Assembly (NCBI RefSeq): GCF_004010195.1
Contig: NC_057716.1
Coordinates: 38,277,250-38,341,249 of the forward strand
Origin: Chiloscyllium plagiosum
Taxonomy: Eukaryota
Direction of reading: 5' to 3'
DNA length: 64,000 nucleotides
The translations under genes and the position numbers were made by a program. Positions 26,526 through 38,443 of this stretch are shown one piece after another; within the stretch, counting starts at the first letter, position 1, and each line of letters opens with the position of its first letter. Below the pieces are notes generated by a model that saw only the letters and a list, made by a program, of their open reading frames with translations, did not search any database and was not told where the DNA came from.

Positions 26526-27033
26526 GACTGCCTGCCCCTCTTCCGCGGTTACGTTAGAGCCCGGGTGTCTCTGGAGAAGGAGCATGCAGTGTCCACCAAC
26601 ACCCTGGCGTTGTTCAGGGAGAGGTGGGAACCACAGGGAGTGGGAATGCATTACTTCCCCCTCCAACTCTATTTTGATTTAATCCCTGTCCTCCCCTTCA
26701 CTGTTTGATCACACTGCATTGCCTTTTGTGAAGAGCACTGCTTGTTACTGGCCACTTGGGTATTTCTTTTCTTCCTGGTGGTGGAAATTTGAATAAAGAT
26801 TTGTGCCCCTTGTGTCTTTCACTGTGTCTCACACCTGCACACACACAACATGGGTGCTGGGTAAAAAAATAACCCCCACTGCAGTTAGGCGGTAGTGTGG
26901 GGGTTAAAAACAAAAAAAAAATTAAAATATAAGCAGGAATGTCAGAGATTCTGTTCACTCTGAGAGCTGGCTCTGAGGAAGCTGGACCATTGTGTGAAGG
27001 ACTCTCCTCTTGATTAAAAAAAATTTTTAAAAA
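26526..27033 (+). mobile_element. Tx1-like 3' end, copy 2, followed by 87 bp of LTR sequence and a second A-tail
   Basis: ORF 26463-26708 contains DCLPLFRGYVRARVSLEKEHAVSTNTLALFRERWEPQG; target ATAAACAGGGCTGT at 26512-26525; LTR piece at 26929-27015. Confidence 0.8.
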
Positions 27034-27047
27034 ATAAACAGGGCTGT

Positions 27048-27347
27048 GACTGCCTGCCCCTCTTCCACAGTTACGTTAGAGCCTGAGTGTCTCTGGAGAA
27101 GGAGCACACGGTGTCCACCAACACCCTGGAGTTGTTCAGGGAGAGGTGGGCACCGCAGGGAGTGGAATGCATTATTTCCCCCTCCAACTCTATTTTGATT
27201 TAATCCCTGCCCTCCCCTTCACTGTTTGATCACGTAGCATCGCCCTTTGATGTGAAGGGCACTGCTTGTCACTGGCCACTCGGATGTTTCCATTCTTCCT
27301 GGTGGTGGAAATTTGAATAAAGATTCGTGTACCTTGTGAAAAAATAA
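27048..27347 (+). mobile_element. Tx1-like 3' end, copy 3 (ends at the proximal poly(A) site)
   Basis: Target at 27034-27047; AATAAA 27316-27321, A-tail begins 27339. Confidence 0.8.
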
Positions 27348-27361
27348 ATAAACAGGGCTGT

Positions 27362-27755
27362 GCCCCTCTTCCGCGGTTACGTTAGAGCCCAGATGTCTCT
27401 GGAGAGGGAGCGTACGGTGTCCACCAACACCTTTGAGCTGTTCAGGGAGAGGTGGGTGCCACAGGGAGTGGAGTATATTATTTCCCCATCCAACTCTATT
27501 TTGATTTAACCCCTGCCCTCCCCTTCACTGTTTGATCACACAGCATTGCCCTTTGATGTGAAAGGCATTGCCTCTCACTGACCACTGGGTGTTTTCTTTC
27601 CCTCCTGGTGGTGGAAATTGAATAAAGATTTGTGCACCTTGTGTCTTTCACTGTATCTTACACCTGCTCACACACAAACATGGGTGCGGGGGGAAAATCA
27701 GCACTACCGCAGTTAAGCAGTAGTGTGGGAGTAAAAGAAAAAAAAATTAAAAACA
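27362..27755 (+). mobile_element. Tx1-like 3' end, copy 4
   Basis: Target at 27348-27361; reads PLFRGYVRAQMSLERERTVSTNTFELFRERWVPQGVEYIISPSNSILI*; hairpin and A-tail. Confidence 0.8.
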
Positions 27756-27769
27756 AAAAACAGGGCTGT

Positions 27770-28029
27770 GCCCCTCTTCCATGGTTATGTTAGAGCCCGG
27801 GTGTCGCTGGAGAGGGAGCATGCGGTGTCCACCAACACCCTTGAGCTGTTCAGAGAGACGTGGGCGCCGCAGGGAGTGGAGTGCATTATTTCCCCCTCCA
27901 ATTCTATTTCGATTTAATCCCTGTCCTCCCCTTCACTGTTTGATCACACAGCATTGCCCTTTGATGTGAAGGTCACTACTTGTCACTGGCCACTTGGGTG
28001 TTTCTTTTCTTCCTGAGAAGAAAAAATAA
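27770..28029 (+). mobile_element. Tx1-like 3' end, copy 5
   Basis: Preceded by AAAAACAGGGCTGT; shortened UTR and A-rich tail, then the host LTR resumes ATAAACAGGGCTGTCAGG at 28030. Confidence 0.8.
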
Positions 28030-28231
28030 ATAAACAGGGCTGTCAGGGGTTCTGTTCACTCTAGAAGCCAGCTCTGAGCTTGCTGGGTCAGTGTCAAGCA
28101 CTATGCATGTATAAATAAAGGGTGACTTGGTGACAGAATACTAGTCTTCGTCGAGCTATTTCAATGAGCAAGTTATGGCATTTGAGATGGAGTCATGAGT
28201 TCCTGCTTACAGGACTTGTTGATCCCAGAAC

Positions 28232-29932
28232 TTGATGTTTTGGAAAAGTAAGCTTCAAGGCAAGGGTGTAATTGATATGTGGAGCTTGTTCAAGGAGCAA
28301 CTATTGAGTGTCCTTGATAAGTATGTACCCGTCAGGCAGGGAGGAAAGGGTCGTGTGAGGGAACCGTGGTTTAATAAGGAATTGGAATCCCATGTTAAAT
28401 GGAAGAGGGCGGCCTATATAAAGATGAGGCGTGAATGTTCAATTGGGGCGATTGAGAGTTATAAGGTAGCCAGGAAAGACCTGAAGAGAGAGCTAAGAGC
28501 AGCAAGGAGGGGACATGAAAGGACCTTAGTNNNNNNNNNNNNNNNNNNNNNNNNNNNNNNNNNNNNNNNNNNNNNNNNNNNNNNNNNNNNNNNNNNNNNN
28601 NNNNNNNNNNNNNNNNNNNNNNNNNNNNNNNNNNNNNNNNNNNNNNNNNNNNNNNNNNNNNNNNNNNNNNNNNNNNNNNNNNNNNNNNNNNNNNNNNNNN
28701 NNNNNNNNNNNNNNNNNNNNNNNNNNNNNNNNNNNNNNNNNNNNNNNNNNNNNNNNNNNNNNNNNNNNNNNNNNNNNNNNNNNNNNNNNNNNNNNNNNNN
28801 NNNNNNNNNNNNNNNNNNNNNNNNNNNNNNNNNNNNNNNNNNNNNNNNNNNNNNNNNNNNNNNNNNNNNNNNNNNNNNNNNNNNNNNNNNNNNNNNNNNN
28901 NNNNNNNNNNNNNNNNNNNNNNNNNNNNNNNNNNNNNNNNNNNNNNNNNNNNNNNNNNNNNNNNNNNNNNNNNNNNNNNNNNNNNNNNNNNNNNNNNNNN
29001 NNNNNNNNNNNNNNNNNNNNNNNNNNNNNNNNNNNNNNNNNNNNNNNNNNNNNNNNNNNNNNNNNNNNNNNNNNNNNNNNNNNNNNNNNNNNNNNNNNNN
29101 NNNNNNNNNNNNNNNNNNNNNNNNNNNNNNNNNNNNNNNNNNNNNNNNNNNNNNNNNNNNNNNNNNNNNNNNNNNNNNNNNNNNNNNNNNNNNNNNNNNN
29201 NNNNNNNNNNNNNNNNNNNNNNNNNNNNNNNNNNNNNNNNNNNNNNNNNNNNNNNNNNNNNNNNNNNNNNNNNNNNNNNNNNNNNNNNNNNNNNNNNNNN
29301 NNNNNNNNNNNNNNNNNNNNNNNNNNNNNNNNNNNNNNNNNNNNNNNNNNNNNNNNNNNNNNNNNNNNNNNNNNNNNNNNNNNNNNNNNNNNNNNNNNNN
29401 NNNNNNNNNNNNNNNNNNNNNNNNNNNNNNNNNNNNNNNNNNNNNNNNNNNNNNNNNNNNNNNNNNNNNNNNNNNNNNNNNNNNNNNNNNNNNNNNNNNN
29501 NNNNNNNNNNNNNNNAAGATCGTATGAGGAAAGGCTGATGCACTTGGGGTTGTTTTCATTGGAGAAAAGAAGGTTTAGGGGTGACTTGATAGAGGTGTAC
29601 AAGATGATTAGGGGTTTAGATAGGGTCGACAGTGAGAATCTTTTTCCACGTATGGAGTCAGCTATTACAAGGGGGCATAGCTTTAAATTAAGGGGGGGTA
29701 GGTATAGGACAGATGTTAGGGGTAGATTCTTTACTCAGCGAGTCGTGAGTTCATGGAATGCCCTGCCAGTAGCAGTGGTGGACTCTCCTTCATTATGGGC
29801 ATTTAAACGTGCATTGGATTGGCATATGGAGGATAATGGGCTAGTGTAGGTTAGGTGGGCTTGGATCGGCCCAACATCGAGGGCCAAAGGGCCTGTACTG
29901 CGCTGTATTCTTCTATGTTCTATGTTCTATGT
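28232..29932 (+). mobile_element. Young CR1 LINE (ORF2 part and 3' end) spanning an assembly gap
   Basis: WSLFKEQLLSVLDKYVPVR before the gap; LGLFSLEKRRFRGDLIEVYK...RGHSFKL after it; (CTATGTT)n tail. Confidence 0.9.
28531..29515. other. Assembly gap (985 N)
   Basis: Run of N. Confidence 1.
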
Positions 29933-30049
29933 TAGATGACTTATTGGCACTTCTTGCTGATGAATATTTTTCTGTTGGCTAAAGTGGTAAAGATAGTACC
30001 AAACTTAAAGAAAACATATCGGTGCAAAGACAAATGGCAAGTCATTGGT

Positions 30050-31875
30050 CAGAATATAAAAGAAGTCAACAATAACCAAAAAGTTGACGGGTAAATCATT
30101 AAAATGCAAGGGAAAGCTAGTCAGAAACATAAAACTAATAGTAAGAGTTTCTATAAATGTTTTAAAAAGAAAATAATTAACAATGTAAGTGTTGTTGTAT
30201 GGAAGATTTGTCTGGAGAATTGATAATGGGAAATATGGAGATGGTAGATGAATTGAACAGATGTTTTTGCATTGGTCTTTACCATAGGAGATATAAGTAG
30301 TATCCCAAAAGAAGTATTAAATCAGGAAATGGAATGAAATGGAGAGAGGAACTCAATAAATTCACAATCACTTTGGAGACTGACAACTGCCTAATGGACT
30401 TCATCCCAAGGATGGTCTTTAAAAAAGTGGGATGATTGATGCACTGGTTTTAATTTCGAAAACTCTCTTGACTGGGTAATAGCCTCACTAGATTTGCAAA
30501 TAGCAAATGTAATTCCTTTACTCAAAAAGGGAGTGATATAGAAAACAGGAAACTACAGGCCACCCTTCGACGTAGAGACAATGTTAAGAAGTTATAGGAG
30601 AATGCTTACAATAATTCAAGGTAATCAGGCAGAGTCAACAGAGTTTTGTGAAAAGAAAATCATGTTTGACAAATCAGTTAGAGATCTTTAAAGAGATAAT
30701 CTGTATACTGAATAAAGAACAGATTGATTTGCTGTACTTAGATTTTCAGAAGGCATTTGATAAAGTGCCAGATCAAAGGTTATTGTGGAAAATAAAAGTT
30801 AATGGTGTATGGTGTAGCATAATGGCATGGATAGCTATGAGGCAGGCTAGCTGAAAACACAGAGTGTAGACATAAATGGTTTTTTCCAGGTTGTCAAAAT
30901 GTAAGGAGTGAGATGTGACAAGGATTGGTATCAAGACCGCAGCTGTTTACCTTTATATTCATAACTTTGGTGAAGGGACAGAAGGTATGCTTGCCAAAAG
31001 TGCTAGATTAGTATGAAAGTAAGTTGTGAAGAAGATTTGAGAAGGTTGAATGAGTGAGAAAAGATGTGACAAATGGGGTATAATTGGAAAAATGAAAAAT
31101 TGTCCATTCCAGCACAAGAATATAAGAGAAGCAAATTATCTAAACAATGAGAGGTTGCAGAGCTTTCCAACATAGAGGAGTCTGGGTGCGCTAGTGTGTG
31201 AATCGCAAAAGGTTGATATACAGTTTTAGCAAGTAATTGGGATAACTAATAAAATGGTATTATTTATTGTGAGGGAATTGAATAGCAATATAGGGAAGTT
31301 ATTTTTCAGTTACACAGGGCATTAGTGAGACCACATCTGAGATTCTGTACACAGTATTGGTCACCTTATTTAAGGAAGGATATAAATACATTGGAAGCAG
31401 TTCAGAGGTTAAACAGACTAATACCTGGAATGAAAGGGTTATTTTGAGCAAAGGTTGGATGAGCTAGCTTTGCATTTGCTGGAGATTAGAAGAGTATGAG
31501 GTGACTTGATTTAAACATATAAGATCCTGAGAGGGCTTGACAGAGTAGATGTGGTGAGGCTGTTTCCTCTTACGAGACAATTTAGAACTAGTGGTCACAC
31601 TTTAGAAATCATTTAATATAGAGGTAAGGTGATTTTTTTTTTCTTCAGTCAGAAGACTTGTGTCTTTTAAACTCTCTTTCTGAAAAGATAGCAGAAGCAG
31701 AGTCTTTGAATACTTTCAACACAAAGGTAGATTGATTTTTGTTAAGCAAAGGAATGAAAGATTATTGGGGGCAATTGGTAATGCTGATCTGAGGTTACAA
31801 TCACATCAAGTGTGATCTTAATCAATGGTGGAGCAAGCTCAAATAGCTGAAAGATTTACTCTTGTTCCTTGTTTA
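30050..31875 (+). mobile_element. Old CR1 LINE ORF2 remnant
   Basis: ORF 30648-30854 KSCLTNQLE...YLDFQKAFDKVP; downstream ALVRPHL and RRxRGDL motifs are degenerate. Confidence 0.85.
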
Positions 31876-32593
31876 GGTGCAAGTGTCACTAAATTTGTCA
31901 TTATGTACTAATGCTGAAAGTAATTTCAGATGGGTATCCACCGAGTCCAATGTTCAGTTGGTAAATCTGAATTATAATGTCAACTGCAGTTGTGCCTGGA
32001 TATGTTCAAACTACAATAAAGAATATTTAATGTTGGTGAATACGTATTCAACTGTCTCTTTTCTATTAACATTAAATGCAGTGAAAAGTAAAGTTGTTCA
32101 AGTTTCCAGAAGGGTATTGGTCCACCTCAAGTTCCCAGCTGATAATTCATGACATGATATTTCAGACTGATGTTGTGAGACTGTGTACTTTAGGTGGTTT
32201 CTGATGTCAATCCATGGTTAAGTTCTGTTGGCTCTTTTATTTTAATTGTACAAGTGAAAACGTAAGTATGCCATAAGTTAGTCACCATGCTTCTGTCCAG
32301 ACTAAAAGAAATAGCATAGAAATTTTCTGTTAAAGCGTACTGTCAAAAAGCAAACACAGAAAATACATATTTAACTTAAAGAAACCGAGATTATTAATTC
32401 AATGCCACTTGGATGCTAGTCTTCATATTCTGCATCCATGATAACTAACTCATGTAAGAATTATATGTGTCATTATTCACAGAATCAGGAGTTACAACAA
32501 AAATCCCATTTGGAGCACTTTCAGTTATGAATGTGTTAAATATATCTGTTCCGGTACTTAGTTCTATCTGTTATCACAATACCAGGACTGTTA

Positions 32594-32797
<204 letters not shown>

Positions 32798-33008
32798 TCA
32801 TAATCTCATACTCCTTTGCTGAACATTTAGTAATTCTGTATCCCTTGGCTTTCAACATGCTGACACCTTGTATGTAAATTCTATTGTCATTAAAAATTTC
32901 TCGTTAAGTAAATATAAGTAATTTCAAGCTCAAAAGTGGTGTGTCAATGTGGCACAGAGCCAGCGAGACATTGTATTAACAATAATCCATAACAAATCAA
33001 GGCTAAAT

Positions 33009-33291
33009 TTAGATGAGATTACCTACAGTGTGGAAACAGGCTCTTCGGCCCAACAAGTCCACACCGACCCTCCGAAGAGTAACCCACCCACCCTCTGACA
33101 AATGCACCTAACAACTATTGACAATTTAGCATTGCCAATTCACCTAATCTGCACATTTTAGGAATGTGGGAGGAAACCCACGCAGACACAGGGAGAATGT
33201 GCAAATGCCACAAAGACAGTCGCCCAAGGCTGGAATTGAACCTGGGACCCTGTGAGGCAGCAGTGCTAACCACTGAGCCACCATGCCGCCC
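33009..33291 (-). mobile_element. HE1-type V-SINE
   Basis: Reverse complement of the HE1 copies, with internal deletions; 265 bp from the exon acceptor. Confidence 0.9.
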
Positions 33292-34357
33292 AAATGCCAC
33301 AATGCCACCCGTAATCGTGCAACTTATCCAAAACATATCCAAGACCTTTTTATTGAGTCTCAGCATTAACTAATACTCAGTAGATAGGTCAGGTAATGCT
33401 CATGCATTTGTATTTTCACAGGGTCTGACTTGCATATTTTAAGCCTCAGCCACTTCTCTGTATTGTGCTCAAGAATCAGGCTGAAACCCAACTTAAGAAG
33501 AAGTGAATAAAAATCAAGCAGTTCTAGCCATATTTTAACAAATAGTTAATTTGTCCTTTACATTTTTTCAAAACTTTGACAACATGAGAAAGAAAAATAA
33601 ATTGATTTTAAGACATATGTTAGAATGGTCATACTGGACCCTGTCAAAATATTGATCATCCATAAATTTAAAATGGAGTCTTAGGTAAGTTATTTCATCT
33701 TTATGTTCATGGAATTACTAGGTTTCAGAACGACAGAATTACAATGGTCTGAGATGGGTGTGGACAATCAAGCAATTCTGGTCTTTGAACAATCGGATAT
33801 AGCTTGTTTCTTACAGTATTTGAAAGCATAGCAGCCTTTAATTGGGTGTTTCCAAACACTATCTATAATTGTGGTTAGGCAGTTATTCACCCATCTTTGC
33901 CATTGAGCTTGCGGTAATTGTCTAGTTTAAAAGTTGAATCTTCTGCATTTGTTACATTAAGACCTAGCACTTTTTCTACATTGAATTCATCAGTATTTCT
34001 CTACTTCCTTCACATCTAGTCAGTTAATCTAATTGCCCCATTTCCTTCATTCACTTCATCATTCTATATTAAAAACAAAAAAAGTAAGCTCTGCATTTAA
34101 AATTTCCACCACTCCTTCATATGCATCTCTAAATCTTTTCCTATTTCTCTTTTGTTGTCTCCATGCTCCTCTTTCTCACACTTTTTACTTTTTCACTTTC
34201 CTTCTATTTTCTATGCAGTTTGTTTTTTTTGCATATGACTTCTGGATTTTTCATCTGCATCTTCTAAATCTTCTTTTATTTTGTTATACAATAAATATGT
34301 GTTACTTCATGTTTACTTCCTGTATGTCTTGCCAATATCCAAATTGACTGCTGTGTG

Positions 34358-34452
34358 AAAGAGTCAAAAAGTGTGGTGCTGAAAAAGCTCACAGCGGATC
34401 AGGCAACATCCAAGGAGCTGGAGAGTCGATGGTTCAGTCATAAGCCCTTCTT
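34358..34452 (-). mobile_element. Degenerate short PLE-derived element
   Basis: GTGTGGTGCTGAAAAAGC...CATAAGCCCTTC, homologous to 12966-13094. Confidence 0.65.
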
Positions 34453-35365
34453 TCTCCTGCTGTTTGAAAGATTCAAGTATTCTCTAGTTTACCTATTAAA
34501 TTTTAGATTTAATTTATCTGTATTGATTTCACAATTGGCTTATTGAAAATGTCTTTTACATTTGATTATCGTGGACTGATTTATACTGAAACTAATAATG
34601 TTATGGTCACTGTTTCCTAGTTATTGCTTTTTTCTCTCATTATCTGTTTGTTAAATATTAATTCCCAAAACTAAAATCAGTATTAGATTTGTTGTATAAA
34701 CTTTTTACTTTTAACCAAATCTATGAATCATTAAAGTCACTCATTATTACTGACCTGTTGTTTGTGCATTTTGTTCAATTTATGTAAAAAATTATCTCCT
34801 TTCCCTATTTGTCAGTCTATGATAAACTCCTAACAAAATTATTGTCCTTTCTTATTCTTTAAGAACAATCAAATAAATGTTCACCATCTATTTGACTTTT
34901 ACATTCAAATACTCTAATGAAGCTTTGGATAATGTAGTAAGACCTTATTTCGCCTAAATGTTTTGTGTTTAAGAATATTTTGTCCTAATCCATCTTAAAC
35001 TCAAACTCTGCCTCTGTTAGCTACATCATACTTTTGTACATGCTGTCACTAAAATCTTTCATTGTGATTCATTAATTTTATTCAGAATAATTTGGTGTAA
35101 TTGAAAGCTGCCTCCATTTGGCAGTCTTACACATCTTACCCTTTTGTCATTCTGATTTAATCTTTCTCACTCCACTCTTCATTTTTAAATTGCTCAAATA
35201 TTTTGTCAATTTTGCTCCTCTTTCTGTCTTCCTATTTATTTATTCTTTTTTTTTTCAAATTGGTTTTAATTTTAATTATGTACTCACTGTAGATAATAAT
35301 GAAGCACTTCTGGTTTGTATAGGTTTACTGAGCCCTAGATTTGATTGCAATATTCCAATAATATT

Positions 35366-35671
35366 GGGGTGCACAATGGCTTAATGTATAGCACTGTTGC
35401 CTCATAGCACCAGGGACCCAGGATCAGTTCCAGCCTTGGGTGACTGGCTGTGTGGTGTTTGCACATTCTCCCCACATCTGCATGGGATTCTTCCCACTTT
35501 CTAAAGATATACAGGTTAGGTGGGTTGTTCTTGGTGTCCTGGGGTGTGTAAATTAGGTGGATTTGCCATGGGAAATGCAGAGTTACAGGGATGGGATGAG
35601 TCTGAGTAAGAGGCAAGTTGGCATGGACTTGTTGGGCTAAATGACCTGTTTCCACACTGTTGGCATTCTAT
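35366..35671 (+). mobile_element. Older HE1-related V-SINE
   Basis: Diverged tRNA head, V-domain and GACCTGTTTCCACACTG tail. Confidence 0.75.
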
Positions 35672-36055
35672 TTTAATATTCAATACTGAGATCTTCTTTT
35701 CCTATATCATTCAATCCAATCAGATATTTACCCTACTGGATAGTCCTATTCAGATGACCATGTAATATTCAGATTAATAACTGGGAGTCCTACTCCAAAA
35801 TTGAAAGTTATTCTCAGTAACAGTGGCCATGAAACTAACACTGGTTGACATTAAAAACAACTCCTCTGGTTCACTAATATCTTTAAGAAAAGAAATCTGC
35901 CATCCCTATCTGGTTTGGCATCAATGTAACTTTAGCAATATGTTTGACTCTTATGCCTCCTCTGGAAATGTCTGAGCAAACCATTCAGTTTAAAAGCAAC
36001 TAAGGATGCATAACAAATTGTGACTTTGCCAATGACACTAATATTCCATGATTTC

Positions 36056-36187
36056 GACTGTGAGAGGAAACCCACGCTGGTACGGAGAGAATGTGCGAAC
36101 TCCACATAGACAGTTGACCAAGGCTGGAATCGAACCCAGGACCCTAGCACTGTGAGGCAGCAGTGCTAACCATTGAGCAACCATGCT
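36056..36187 (-). mobile_element. Partial HE1-type SINE (head and V-domain)
   Basis: GAATCGAACCCAGG...GGCAGCAGTGCTAACC. Confidence 0.75.
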
Positions 36188-37334
36188 GATTAACTTTTAG
36201 AAATATCATGTTTATCAAATTTTTAAGTGTCATTTTGTATTATTCCCAAATTATGATATCGAACACAGTTAGAAAATGGAAACTACATGTTCTTACCCAC
36301 ACTAGATAAAGTGCTTTAAACTATTTTCATTGGATAGTAGCTGATTTTTTTATGCTGGAAGCAATGTAGTAACAACTGATCATTAGTGCAATGTCCTTTT
36401 ACCTGTCTAACAAAAATCACCGAACAATGCTTTGTTCTGATTTTAATTAGAATTGATCTAGAATCATCCAACAGTTCAGGGAATTATTTCCACAGAAATT
36501 CGAAGCCAATGAGCCCTTCAGTTTTTCTTGCTGAATTACTGTTTCGCTTTCTGGGGCATTGCAGCTCATTCAATACTTACTGCTTTTTCATTCTGATTCA
36601 TTGCATATTATGCAAACACGAGTATTTCTTTTCTATTAACATAATCCTGATTAAACATTATCTCTGCACTATAGCTAAACTGTTCTACTTTGTGTTTATT
36701 CAATGTTTTGTGAAATGTTTTTGAACAATTGCATTTCCCAGAAGTTTGAATGGCAAAACAGAAATAAGAACCATGTATAGAATGTAGTATTATCCTTGAA
36801 AAATCCTTCTTGTTAACACCACAGCTGCCCTGTATCACTTATGATCATAGAACAGTTGAAACAATCCCATAATGCTTTGTGGAACTAGGACAGTTACATG
36901 ACACACGAATAAAGGCTTGTGTATTAACTTGTAATAATACTGAAGGAAAACTGGTCATGAGATCATTGCCATTTAATATAAAAATACCTCATTTTGATAA
37001 TCTTCACATTTTTTATTCTGCTTTTTAATCATTATCTTTTCTTAGACATCAGCAAAAGCACAAACTGCAAAGAAAAATCCTTCAGAGTGTGGGAGCAACT
37101 TGCAGTATTGAATTTATTACAAAAATGGTGTTATACATCAGCTTTGTCAAAAAAGTAGCAAATCACCATAAATATAATCTGATTTTAATGTGTTATCCAG
37201 ACATTTTAAAGAGATTTTGTATCGTTTGACAAATTTATGATGATCTGAGAAGTTTTATTTTCATTAAGGTATCAATAGCTGTGTGATTGAATGGCACTTT
37301 ATGAGTTTCAAAACAGAACAACTTTTTCTAAGCA

Positions 37335-37776
37335 CAGAGGAACCATGATTATCTGAATATCAATTATCCAAATTTCGAATTATCCAAAGGAAATCTCAAG
37401 GTCCTGATAGAAACATTATGTCAAAGAGCTGTTTCAACCTGATTGCATCTTTTGTTTTCAGGTACAATGATTAAAAACAAACTTGGCTCACTGAAATGCT
37501 GCCAAGAGCAATCCTGGACAGTCCAGGCACCGTCTCCAAATGACGGGGGCGGTGTTGGACGGGGTTGGGGAGCGGACAGGGGTGAGGGTGGATGGGGTGG
37601 ACGCAGAAGGGACTGGGGGATGGGTGGAAGTGGGGGTTTAAAGGAGCTAGTCTTCTGAACAGGGAGCAGACTTCACAGAAAACTCTGAGCCCCAGAGGAA
37701 ATCAGTTAACCGAATAATCAATTATCCGAACGAAATAATGCACGCCCATCTCGTTAGGATAATCGAGGTTCCTCTG
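37335..37776. mobile_element. Tc1/pogo(Tigger)-like non-autonomous DNA transposon (MITE)
   Basis: TIRs CAGAGGAACCATGATTATCTGAA / TTAGGATAATCGAGGTTCCTCTG; TA on the right flank (left flank CA); subterminal ATTATCC repeats. Confidence 0.75.
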
Positions 37777-37872
37777 TAGAATGTGAATGGACATTCTCAA
37801 TTATTTCATTCAAATTTTAAAGACATTCAATATTGTTATTATGTGTTAATATCTCAAATTCTGTGCACAGTG

Positions 37873-38440
37873 GAGTCATAGAGATATACAGCACGCAAAC
37901 AGACCCCTTGGTCTAATTCGTCCATGCCGACCAGATATCCTAAATTGTTCTGGACCCATTTGTCAGCATCTGGCCCATATCCCTCTAAAACGTTCCTAAT
38001 CATATTCCCACTTCGATGCCTTTTAATTGTTGTAATTGTACCAGCTTCCACACTTCCTCTGGCAGCTCATTCCATACACGCACCACTCTGTGTGAAAATG
38101 TTGTCCCTTAAGTCTTTTTTAAATCTTTCTCTTCTCACCTTAAACTGTGCCCTTTAGTATTGGACTCACCAATGCTGGGGAAAAGACCTTGACTATTCAT
38201 CCTATCCATGTCCATCATGGTTTTATGAACATTTATAAGATCATCCCTCAGCCTCCGACACTCTGGGGAAAACAGCCCCAGCTTACTCAACCACTTCCCA
38301 TAGCTCAAACCCTCTAACACAGGCAACATCCTTGTAAATCATTTCTGAACCATTTCAAGTTTCACAACATCTTTCCTATAGCAGTGAGACCAGAACTGAA
38401 CAGCCAATGTCCTGAACAGCCGCAACATGACCTTCCAACT
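37873..38440 (-). mobile_element. CR1 LINE 3' fragment
   Basis: ORF 38135-38329 LGLFSPECRRLRDDLI...KGHSL. Confidence 0.85.
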
Positions 38441-38443
38441 TCT

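Larger units (their letters stand above)
25851..28163 (+). mobile_element. Solo LTR (~212 bp when emptied) expanded by nested insertions
   Basis: Begins TG (25851), ends CA (28162-28163), 5-bp TSD ATGAG at 25846-25850 and 28164-28168; CCAAT 25902, TATAAA 25928, AATAAA 28114. Confidence 0.85.

Noticed and set aside
25944-28043. CRISPR-like or satellite interpretation of the repeated ATAAACAGGGCTGT units
   Set aside because: Eukaryotic context; the intervening segments are homologous to each other and carry LINE ORF2 ends and A-tails
28232-29602. Four long (358-431 aa) ORFs
   Set aside because: Artefacts of translating through the 985-N gap inside a CR1 element
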